Positions 13,301 to 25,300 of a stretch of DNA of 37,343 nucleotides are shown piece after piece. How positions within the stretch are numbered: position 1 is the first letter of the stretch; each line of letters starts with the position of its first letter. The notes beneath the pieces are model-generated. The model searched no databases. It was not told the DNA's origin and worked only from the letters and a program-made list of their open reading frames with translations. Origin of the DNA: Nemertoderma westbladi. Lineage: Eukaryota > Animalia > Xenacoelomorpha. The stretch is taken from positions 1-37,343 of the forward strand of contig JAUCBJ010007257.1 of NCBI GenBank assembly GCA_032718475.1, in the 5' to 3' direction. The position numbers and the translations under genes are program-made.

Positions 13301-16300
13301 ACCTGGAGCGACACACTGGGCAGGCATCAAGCGTTTACTACGATACATAAAGGGGACAGTGGATTACGGAATCAAATTCGTTGGAAACGACAATGGACTA
13401 TTGGTCGGATATTGTGATTCTGACTGGGCTGGGGACGAGTCAAATCGCAAATCCACATCTGGTTATGTGTTTACATTCAATGGAGGGGCCATAAGTTGGC
13501 AAAGTAAACAACAACCTGTTGTTGCGTTATCAACCACTGAGGCTGAATACATTGCTCTAACTTCAGCATGCCAAGAATACATCTGGTTGAGCAGATTGCT
13601 GGTTGATATTGGGATGGCTCATCTCAATAGCGGAACTATATATGAGGATAACCAGGGGGCGATTGCGTTGGCGAAGAATCCAATTCAACATCGTCGAACG
13701 AAGCACATAGATATCCGCTACCACTTCATCAGGGAGAAGATCGAGAATGGTGAAGTGGATATTAAATACTGCCCAACTCAAAACATGATGGCTGATATTC
13801 TCACAAAGGGACTAGCACGGGAGAAATTCTTAGGATTACGCCATAAACTGGGTGTAATGAACCAAATAGTTCCCTAACTCACGAGATAATTGAATCGAGT
13901 GGGAGTGTTGAAAGTGTACGATTAAATAATGTACTCTAAGGTGGGCGGGAAATTCAAAACTGTCCTTTTGACTATGATCTATATATGACTGGATTATACC
14001 GTACCGGTCCGGTTTTGTTCTATAAGTTTTGTACTTTGTCTGCAGTACCTTCCATGTAATGGTTCTGCATTATGTACAATATACTGTAACCCTACAATAA
14101 ACTGCTGGTGTATGTAATCCCAATATTTCCCTATTTGTTCTACCGGATAAAATTCAACAGTTATTTTAATCTATCTGGTCTGGAACTAGACCAGCATTGC
14201 TGACTCACCAGTCTGGAGTGGTCCTCTTGCTGCTTCTGTAGCGCCTCTAGTGACAGTCCCAACTCACTGCACCCCTCCAATAGGAGCTGAGTTCGCAATA
14301 ATTGTCGTGACGAGTCGTCCGTTAATTGGTTGAACCGATGTGAATCTCTTAGCAACGCCTCTAACAGATGTGATCGTCTATTTAAACTCTTCACTGTATC
14401 TTCATACTGATTCACTAATTGCTCCACTAAAAATTCCCAACAAATAATAAAAAACTAAATACATTATTACCGTAATAAGAATACTGAATGTGAACTGAAT
14501 ATAAACGTGTTGTTCTATGTCTATTAACTCTAAACGAAATTAAATTATAATATAAAAATCATTAATGTGTTGTGATTGTGACCGTTTAATAGCCTATAGT
14601 ACTGTGCAGTGCATCCACTACACGGCAAAGTTAACAATTTGCTTATAGTTTTGGTTAGATTTAGCACCTTATGTTGTGTTACTCTTTATATGGGGTAAAC
14701 CGCCCATGTGAAGAATACCAGGATTTCACTTTTCGATCGACTTTTTATTGGAATTTTATATATGAAGATTTTTTATTTTTTTTAATTTATCTTTATTAAG
14801 TGTTTTATAGCGCTTATTTCTGTCTTATAACCTGTACATATACTAATTCGTTTATTGTTTTGGTTAGATTCTGCCCTTTTGTAACCTGTGGTTTTGGTGA
14901 AAACCTGGTATTCTTCACATGGGGGTAACTGCAAAGTGAAATATAACGGCAGAAAGTCTGGTATTATTCACATGGGCCGGGTAAACTATAAAATTAATAA
15001 ATACAGTATATACCGATATATTTTCTTGATATCAGAAAGAATTATATTTTTTAATATAATTATTTTATATTCCTTTTAATATATTTTATAATTGGTAGAA
15101 AACATTTTGTTCCCGCCCAGGAACCGAATAGGAAAAATTAAGTGTATCTGTATCTCTTATATGAATATGAAATGTATCCGAACACGCTAGTCGAAAAGGA
15201 AATACAATGCGAAAGTAAATAAATACAAGCTGAGTAAAAAAATAAGCAAATCGAATAATTGTAAAAAAAGGTTACCATATGGAATTTTGTAGAAGCGAAT
15301 TATTCTAAATACAAAACACATTTTGCTACAGAGCGATTGTGAATATGACAAGAGTGTTATGGGTAGATGGAGAGTGAAGCTAAAACAACCTGATTGAAAT
15401 TAATCATTATTGACAGACTAAGCTGGCAGCAGGTGGTAGTGCGTGTACCACCAATAACACTATAGTTAGTTTAATACAAATTTATGATATGCAATGTGAT
15501 TTGCCTTATAACAAACCACACCGTACTCAAAATCAATTAACTATTGAATAAGACGAGTAATGTGTAACAGACATAGGGACTGGTGGGTCTGACTTCTGTA
15601 AATATAGACTTTGGTAACAGCCAGGCCTAGAAGAGTTAATGTTATTATATAAATATTGCTCTATTATTTATGATTCTGACAGCGGACGTCTAGGGCTCCT
15701 ATAATATTAGAAATGAGATAGACAACATAAATAGCTGGAACACGTGTCCTATAATATACCAAAACCCAATCCATTTACAACTACTCAATACATAGTAATC
15801 TACAAAAACATTTTGATTCAACATAATGTCTAATGATGATTACAAGCAGATTAAATCGAAATTATAAACCTACAGTTTTACAATGCAGTACTGCCACTAC
15901 TGCCAGGAACAACAACTGGTTGTACCTTCCCATCTTGCAGAAATAATGTAACGAAAACGAAACAAGTAAGTGAGAATTGTATGTTTGTCGACAATGTACT
16001 GTTTTATATATAGATTGATAGATAAATAGGTTGTGGAGAATTCTTTTACGAAGGCGGAACGCAGCAGGTGGGTTGGAAGGACCGGAACAACCAACTATCA
16101 GGTATTCTCTGTGATCCTAACAAACTTTATAGGAATGGGTTGGAAGGACCGGAACAACCAACTATCAGGTATTCTCTGTGATCCTAACAAACTTTATAGG
16201 AATGGTTACTATGTTAATGCTATGATGATGATATAAGTTAAGGTAACCAATGATTAATTAGACAAGGTAATTAACTAAGAAGCATGCTGGTGGTACATAG

Positions 16301-19300
16301 TACAGTATACTAAAACAATGAACTTGATGAGGGATGGAAATTCGTAATTAATATAGTAAAATTCCCCCATCAATCAAAGTTGGTTACTTTACAAATTATA
16401 TTTACTCTTATTGAATTATTTTCGTAGCGTGCCGTGTCTTTCCCAATTGAAGGGAATGTTTGCTATTCTTATTCTACTAATATTGTGCCACTTCGTGACA
16501 ATGAAATTGAGCGGAATACTTGGTGACATACTCTGAGACATTGTCATAGAATTGTATTGATTACAGTATGACCATTTTGACAATCTCGGAGCTGAATATA
16601 ATAAATAACTAACTTTTAGCGTGTATGAGGCATCTTGCGTCTCCATCAGGAACATCCTCCAGTAGACCTTGAGCTGTTCCTTTAACCTCTTCTACCTTAC
16701 GTTGCTTATCTTCCACTTCCTCTATCATATTCTAATAAGAAGGAGACCAATGACTATGTCGACCAATAAAATTAATCAGAAAAAAATATAAGAAAAAAAA
16801 AGTTATGTCATATAATTTCAGGAATAAAGATGTAACTTTATTCAGCTACAAATTAATTCCCAGGTTCCCTCCCAATCACTACGGATGTGGCTATAGGCAG
16901 ACACTGACCTTCTGCTTCAGAATTTTTTCTTTAATCTCATCCACGTCTCCAATGGTAACAATCTGACTGCGGAGAATGTGTTCTATAACAAGCAGCCAAT
17001 CACGCAACTCAGATACGGATTGGTCAAAGTTAGGCCAATCGGATGGCTGATCCATTGAGCCTTGTATGATTGGAGGTGACTGGGTCCGAACAACTGAAAG
17101 AAAATAAATACGTCATATGAGAGATAAAAATAGTAACAAAGACTTTATTAAAATTCCACAAATTGCATTAGCTTTTTTATAAATAAAAAATATAAAATTA
17201 TATATTAATAATATTTTTCATTTCTGACTTAATTAAAATAAGAATATAAATAAATCGAAGGATGTTAGGATTTAGTAGTAACCAGTGGTGTAGTATTGCA
17301 GTGTTCAACTGTTTATCTTGTAGCCAAGTTACAAGATGTAAGAAAATAATTATTAATAATTAGAACTTGAAGGAATGTTTAATTACGGTGATTGACTCCC
17401 ATCGGGGCAAATTGCCATGAACGTAAAGTTTATAGCCTAACAACAGAGATCAGATATTAAAGTTTTATAACAAAGTTAGTAAAAGCGGTTTGATAAATCA
17501 CGACACTAATTTAAAGATATTTAATAATAATTTTTTAAAGGATATTAAATTGTACTGTAATATACCCAAATATAGATTGGTTCATATAAAGAAACATTCC
17601 AGTAATGAACTCCTATAATATATAATATCAGTACGAATTTCCTAGTCGTGGAGTTACATTGCTGGTCGTTTAGTATCTTCTCGATAGCCTTGTAACCATG
17701 GAAACTAAACGACCAGACTCCGAGCAGTTGGTGGACGTGCACATCTACGTCCTGCCGCACAACCACTGGTCAGACCAGTACCACACCGCCTACAACGACG
17801 CAATGAACTTCACGGTATCAGCGGGGTTTCTTCGAGTTCATCCGGAACTCCGTCTGAACGAACTGCGAACCGAAATCCTAGACCAAACTGACGAAGAGGT
17901 CATCCCGCCGGAGTATATCTTCCTTAAAAGCGTCGGTCGCACCATGGCAACAGTTAAAAACAAACAGGAAACTAAAGTGAAAGTAAAACATTTTTTACCG
18001 CCGCATAATTTTGCTCCGGAAATAATCGTACTAGCAAAATCGGGCGGAGCGGATAGTTCTCGAACAGTTGGGTCATTTAAGGAACATATCCGTTTTAAGG
18101 AGGAGGAAGGAGACATAACCCTGGAGGAGGAGACCCCGGATATACCGTCAGTTCCCGTGGAGGAACATCGTCACGACCACCTGGAGATCGACGGGGTCAA
18201 GGTGACTCACGCGATCAGTCGAGGTCCGACCCAGATGGAGCCCCCGACCCCGTATAAACCGCCGCTGTCCGCAACCCCTCCTGTGTCCCCGGACAACGCC
18301 GGGTTCTTACCGGTAGGCGACCTGCCGCCGAGGACGGCAGAACCGAGAAGGATCGAACCGAGGGAGTCGGTAAAGGATAACGGAGGGGCAGCCACTGATG
18401 AATTGAGGAAGAAACAACTGGAGATGGAAGATCAGGCGAGGCAAAGACAGATTGACATGGAAGATGAATCGAGAAAGAGACAGCGTGATCTTGAAGAGCA
18501 AGAGAGGGAGCGAGATAAACAGATGTTGGAACAGGAGAGAGAATATCAACAACAGTTGCTGGAAAAGGAGAAAAATCAGGCAGAAGCGGAGAGACGGCGT
18601 GAGGCGGACATGATGAAAAAACAGAAGGAATTGGAGAAGCAACAGTTGGAGAAGGAAAGAGAAATGATGATGCAGGAGTTGGAAATGCAAAAGAAGATGC
18701 AAGATAAAGAGAGAGAGATGGCAGACAAGCAGAAGGAGATGGAGAAAATAGCGGAGGATAAGGAGCGAGAGTGGAAGGAAAAACAGATTGCGATGGAAGA
18801 AGAGAGAATTAAAAAGGAGATGGAGGAATTAGAGAGGTTGAGACAGCAGTTGGAGGAACTTCGAATGCAGATGATGGAAGATAAACAGGATGTTATGCGA
18901 GAGAAGATGGAGCAGGAGCGTCAAGGGGCGCAACTTGAAAGGGAGAAAGCGGAACTGGAGATGAGAATGAAAGCGGAGGAGGCGAGAAGGAAAGCGGAAG
19001 ACGAGGAGAGAGAAAGACGGCGAAAACAGGAAGCGGAAGAGCTTGAGCGAGTTCGCAAGAAGGAAGCGCAGGATCGATTACTGAGGGAGCATACCGAAGT
19101 TCCGACGGAACAGACTGACCGGCCGCCCTCGAGACCCCAAACGTCGCCGGCTAAAATCGACGCACCCCGCCCGTCTACCGCTCAAATGAAAGTCGATTTA
19201 GCCAATAAACTAGAGGATCTAAAACGGGCTCGGGATGAAAGACTCGAGATTCAACACATTCGGGAACAATTGCTTCACAAAGCCAAGACTATTCAGGCCA

Positions 19301-22300
19301 AGGTGACTCATAAACGACAGAAAGCCAAGGAGGAGTGGAAGAAACGCTACTACGAGGAGAAGAAGAAGACTGCCCCGCTGGAAGAGCATCTGGTGCGGTT
19401 GAGAAACGAGTTGGGCGCGTTGCAGAGAAAACAGATACAAAGGCTGGAGAAGGAGAGAGATACCAGCGCCACAGAGGAGGGTGCTGTACTAGCCGATAAC
19501 AAACTCCACACAATGAAACTCGATAACCAGGTGAACGACGTGCGACAGAGAGTCGAGGAGTCCAAAATGAAGTTGATGTGCGAAATGAAACTGAGGTACC
19601 AGGCGGAAAGCGAGATGAAAGTGTTACGAGCCGAACTGACACAAAAGAAAATGCAAGCTCAAATAGATAGATCAAAAACTGGTAAACTATACTAAAGAAT
19701 GATACGTAGGTTTAAATAATTCTGTCACGTACCCCTAAACTACTCATAAATATGAGGAATTATTGCCAAATGTACACTATATTTCCCACCACGATAGTCT
19801 CGGCCCATAATACGAAGAATTCGTACCGCCGAAATGTTTAGTGTTATTTATTAATTAACCTAATTTCTACACCAAAGTTGCTTTATGTTATCTGATTGTT
19901 AAATTAATTAATTACTCGCTTTGTTGAAGCAGAATGTTTAACTTACTCGTATGGTACCGTATTACTTACTCGTTTGGTACCGTTTAACTTACTCGTTTGG
20001 AACCGTTTAACTTACTCGTTTGGTACCGTTTAACTTACTCGTTTGGTACCGTTTAACTTACTTGTTTGGTACCATTTAAGTTACTCGTTTGGTACCGTTT
20101 AACTTACTCGTTTGGTACCGTTTAACTTACTCGTTTGGTACCGTTTAACTTACTTGTTTGGTACCGTTTAACTTCCTCGTTTGGTACCGTTTAACTTACT
20201 CGTTTGGTACCGTTTAACTTCCTCGTTTGGTACCGTTTAATTTACTTGTTTCGTTCTGTTTAACTTACTCGTTTGGTACCGTTTAACTTACTCTTTTGGT
20301 ACTGTATTACTTACTCGTTTGGTACCGTTTAACTTACTCGTTTGGTACCATTTAACTTACTCGTTTGGTACCGTTTAACTTACTTGTTTCGTTCTGTTTA
20401 ACTTACTCGTTTGGTACCGTATTACTTACTCGTTTGGTACCGTTTAATTTACTTGTTTCGTTCTGTTTAACTTACTCGTTTGGTACCATTAAACTTACTC
20501 GTTTGGTACCGTTTAATTTACTTGTTTCGTTCTGTTTAACTTACTCGTTTGGTACCATTTAACTTACTCTTTTGGTACCATTTAACTTACTCGTTTGGTA
20601 CCGTTTAACTTACTTGTTTCGTTCTGTTTAACTTACTCGTTTGGTACCGTTTAACTTACTCGTTTGGTACCATTTAACTTACTCGTTTGGTACCGTTTAA
20701 CTTACTTGTTTCGTTCTGTTTAACTTACTCGTTTGGTACCGTATTACTTACTCGTTTGGTACCGTTTAATTTACTTGTTTCGTTCTGTTTAACTTACTCT
20801 TTTGGTACCATTTAACTTACTCGTTTGGTACCGTTTAATTTACTTGTTTCGTTCTGTTTAACTTACTCGTTTGGTACCGTTTAACTTACTCTTTTGGTAC
20901 TGTATTACTTACTCGTTTGGTACCGTTTAACTTACTCGTTTGGTACCGTTAACTTACTCGTTTGGTACCGTTTAACTTACTCGTTTGGTACCGTTTAACT
21001 TACTCTTTTGGTACCGTTTAACTTACTCGTTTGGTACCGTTTAACTTACTGGTTTGGTACCGTTTAACTTACTGGTTTGGTACCGTTTAACTTACTGGTT
21101 TGGTACCGTTTAACTTACTGGTTTGGTACCGTTTAACTTACTTGTTTCGTTCTGTTTAACTTACTCGTTTGGTACCGTTTAACTTACTTGTTTCGTTCTG
21201 TTTAACTTACTCGTTTGGTACCGTTTAACTTACTTGTTTCGTTCTGTTTAACTTACTCGTTTGGTACCGTATTACTTACTCGTTTGGTACCGTTTAATTT
21301 ACTTGTTTCGTTCTGTTTAACTTACTCGTTTGGTACCGTATTACTTACTCGTTTGGTACCGTTTAATTTACTTGTTTCGTTCTGTTTAACTTACTCTTTT
21401 GGTACCATTTAACTTACTCGTTTGGTACCGTTTAATTTACTTGTTTCGTTCTGTTTAACTTACTCGTTTGGTACCGTTTAACTTACTCTTTTGGTACTGT
21501 ATTACTTACTCGTTTGGTACCGTTTAATTTACTTGTTTCGTTCTGTTTAACTTACTCTTTTGGTACCATTTAACTTACTCGTTTGGTACCGTTTAATTTA
21601 CTTGTTTCGTTCTGTTTAACTTACTCGTTTGGTACCGTATTACTTACTCGTTTGGTACCGTTTAATTTACTTGTTTCGTTCTGTTTAACTTACTCGTTTG
21701 GTACCGTATTACTTACTCGTTTGGTACCGTTTAATTTACTTGTTTCGTTCTGTTTAACTTACTCTTTTGGTACCATTTAACTTACTCGTTTGGTACCGTT
21801 TAACTTACTGGTTTGGTACCGTTTAACTTACTGGTTTGGTACCGTTTAACTTACTGGTTTGGTACCGTTTAACTTACTGGTTTGGTACCGTTTAACTTAC
21901 TTGTTTCGTTCTGTTTAACTTACTCGTTTGGTACCGTTTAACTTACTTGTTTCGTTCTGTTTAACTTATTCGTTTGGTACCGTTTAACTTACTTGTTTCG
22001 TTCTGTTTAACTTACTCGTTTGGTACCGTATTACTTACTCGTTTGGTACCGTTTAATTTACTTGTTTCGTTCTGTTTAACTTACTCGTTTGGTACCGTAT
22101 TACTTACTCGTTTGGTACCGTTTAATTTACTTGTTTCGTTCTGTTTAACTTACTCTTTTGGTACCATTTAACTTACTCGTTTGGTACCGTTTAATTTACT
22201 TGTTTCGTTCTGTTTAACTTACTCGTTTGGTACCGTTTAACTTACTCGTTTGGTACCATTTAACTTACTCGTTTGGTACCGTTTAACTTACTTGTTTCGT

Positions 22301-25300
22301 TCTGTTTAACTTACTCGTTTGGTACCGTATTACTTACTCGTTTGGTACCGTTTAATTTACTTGTTTCGTTCTGTTTAACTTACTCTTTTGGTACCATTTA
22401 ACTTACTCGTTTGGTACCGTTTAATTTACTTGTTTCGTTCTGTTTAACTTACTCGTTTGGTACCGTTTAACTTACTCTTTTGGTACTGTATTACTTACTC
22501 GTTTGGTACCGTTTAACTTACTCGTTTGGTACCGTTAACTTACTCGTTTGGTACCGTTTAACTTACTCGTTTGGTACCGTTTAACTTACTCTTTTGGTAC
22601 CGTTTAACTTACTCGTTTGGTACCGTTTAACTTACTGGTTTGGTACCGTTTAACTTACTGGTTTGGTACCGTTTAACTTACTGGTTTGGTACCGTTTAAC
22701 TTACTGGTTTGGTACCGTTTAACTTACTTGTTTCGTTCTGTTTAACTTACTCGTTTGGTACCGTTTAACTTACTTGTTTCGTTCTGTTTAACTTACTCGT
22801 TTGGTACCGTTTAACTTACTGGTTTGGTACCGTTTAACTTACTTGTTTCGTTCTGTTTAACTTACTCGTTTGGTACCGTTTAACTTACTTGTTTCGTTCT
22901 GTTTAACTTACTGGTTTGGTACCGTTTAACTTACTGGTTTGGTACCGTTTAACTTACTGGTTTGGTACCGTTTAACTTACTCGTTTGGTACCGTTTAACT
23001 TACTGGTTTGGTACCGTTTAACTTACTGGTTTGGTACCGTTTAACTTACTTGTTTCGTTCTGTTTAACTTACTCGTTTGGTACCGTTTAACTTACTCGTT
23101 TGGTACCGTTTAACTTACTTGTTTCGTTCTGTTTAACTTACTCGTTTGGTACCGTTTAACTTACTCGTTTGGTACCGTTTAACTTACTCTTTTGGTACCG
23201 TATTACTTACTCGTTTGGTACCGTATTACTTACTCGTTTGGTACCGTTTAACTTACTCGTTTGGTACCGTTTAACTTACTTGTTTCGTTCTGTTTAACTT
23301 ACTCGTTTGGTACCGTTTAACTTACTCGTTTGGTACCGTTTAACTTACTTGTTTCGTTCTGTTTAACTTACTCGTTTGGTACCGTTTAACTTACTCGTTT
23401 GGTACCGTTTAACTTACTCTTTTGGTACCGTACTACTTACTCGTTTGGTACCGTATTACTTACTCGTTTGGTACCGTTTAACTTACTCGTTTGGTACCGT
23501 TTAACTTACTCTTTTGGTACCGTATTACTTACTCGTTTGGTACCGTATTACTTACTCGTTTGGTACCGTTTAACTTACTCTTTTGGTACCGTATTACTTA
23601 TTCGTTTGGTACCGTATTACTTACTCGTTTGGTACCGTTTAACTTACTCGTTTGGTACCGTTTAACTTACTCTTTTGGTACCGTATTACTTACTCGTTTG
23701 GTACCGTATTACTTACTCGTTTGGTACCGTTTAACTTACTCGTTTGGTACCGTTTAACTTACTCTTTTGGTACCGTATTACTTACTCGTTTGGTACCGTA
23801 TTACTTACTCGTTTGGTACCGTTTAACTTACTCTTTTGGTACCGTATTACTTACTCGTTTGGTACCGTATTACTTACTCGTTTGGTACCGTTTAACTTAC
23901 TCGTTTGGTACCGTTTAACTTACTCTTTTGGTACCGTATTACTTACTCGTTTGGTACCGTATTACTTACTCGTTTGGTACCGTTTAACTTACTCGTTTGG
24001 TACCGTTTAACTTACTTGTTTCGTTCTGTTTAACTTACTCGTTTGGTACCGTTTAACTTACTCGTTTGGTACCGTATTACTTACTCGTTTGGTACCGTAT
24101 TACTTACTCGTTTGGTACCGTTTAACTTACTCGTTTGGTACCGTTTAACTTACTGGTTTCGTTTACGCTGACTACGCAATCGTTTTCAAACACAGCGCTC
24201 GCCGGCCGACTATTTATCAACATGTGTTTGACCTTCTCCCAGTTTGAGTTGAGCTGCAGCATTCGGTCCTTCAGTTGGGAAGGTATTGATTGGTTGCTAT
24301 GGTTACATTGCCGAAATAGAGATGACAAGGAGCGGTTGAGTCTCTCGATACTGGATTGACGGGAAGGCACGCCGTCTGAGAGCGACTGGAAATAGGAAAA
24401 TATAGGAAATACAACTAGAGTTGAGTTGGGAACCACCTTCAAACCACTAACCTTCACCCACTAACCTTCACCCACTAACCTTCACCCACAACGCTTCACC
24501 CACTAACCTTCACCCACTAACCTTCACCCACTAACCTTCACCCACTAACCTTCACCCATTTACCTTCACCCACTAACCTTCACCCACTAACCTTCACCCA
24601 CTAACCTTCACCCACTAACCTTCACCCACTAACCTTCACCCACTAACCTTCACCCACTATCCTTCACCCAATAACCTTCACCCACTAACCTTCACCCACT
24701 AACCTTCACCCACTAACCTTCACCCACTAACCTTCACGTCCAACTGAGTATCTCCGATCCCAGGTGTTTCCAATCGCGTCCGTATCTCCTTTACCCACTT
24801 CTCCAACATCTGTAAATCCTCCAGTAACCCCAGCAACCGGTCGTACTCCTCGGACCTTTCCCGCCGTAGTTTCGGAATCTCGGTGGCAACCCGAACGAAC
24901 CTGGAATTAACTCCTTGTAATTCCGTCTCTATCAGATCAACTTCCTCCGCCGGTACAGTTGCTACGGTAACGAATCGTCGACCCGCTTCATTTGTTGCTT
25001 GGAGACGGTCGTTATAGCTAACTAACGCGCTCTCCAATGTCTGAAAAAGCCAATAATAACTTCAATAACAATCAATACATTAATAATGAGATAGAAATTA
25101 AAAATAAAACATTAATAATGAGGTGGAGTAATCTATTTAGTAATGAGTTATTAATTAAAACTAAACCTTAAGATTAATGAGATGATTTTCTATGTCATCG
25201 AGGGATGCCGAATTGACTGTCGAGTGAATGACCGTGTCACAGTCGTCCATCCAGACACAGAGATCGTCTATAGAGTTGCGAAAGTCAACACCCTCCTGTT

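Larger units (their letters stand above)
9482..14159 (+). mobile_element. Full-length Ty1/copia LTR retrotransposon
   Basis: LTRs 9482-9735 and 13906-14159 (254 bp, TGTTGAA...TTCAACA, no differences seen); TSD GTTAT at 9477-9481 and 14160-14164; PBS; PPT; single intact gag-pol ORF. Confidence 0.98.

Noticed and set aside
10259-13781. Small alternative-frame and antisense ORFs within the copia ORF
   Set aside because: Shadows of the long gag-pol ORF with no motifs of their own.
16069-16205. 67-bp duplication containing plus-strand CAG|GTATT as another donor duplication
   Set aside because: Wrong strand for the host gene and no plus-strand exon supported there, although a SPATA1 5'UTR exon cannot be excluded.
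17838-19675. Antisense ORFs over SPATA1 as additional dystrophin exons
   Set aside because: No spectrin character, and the flanking exons 24154 and 17093 already join in phase.
20365-24010. MVPFNLLV... short ORFs
   Set aside because: Translations of the donor satellite.
24433-24737. Telomere-like look of CCACTAACCTTCAC
   Set aside because: The unit is 14 bp and is fully explained by the exon-end/donor sequence; it is not TTAGGG or TTAGG.
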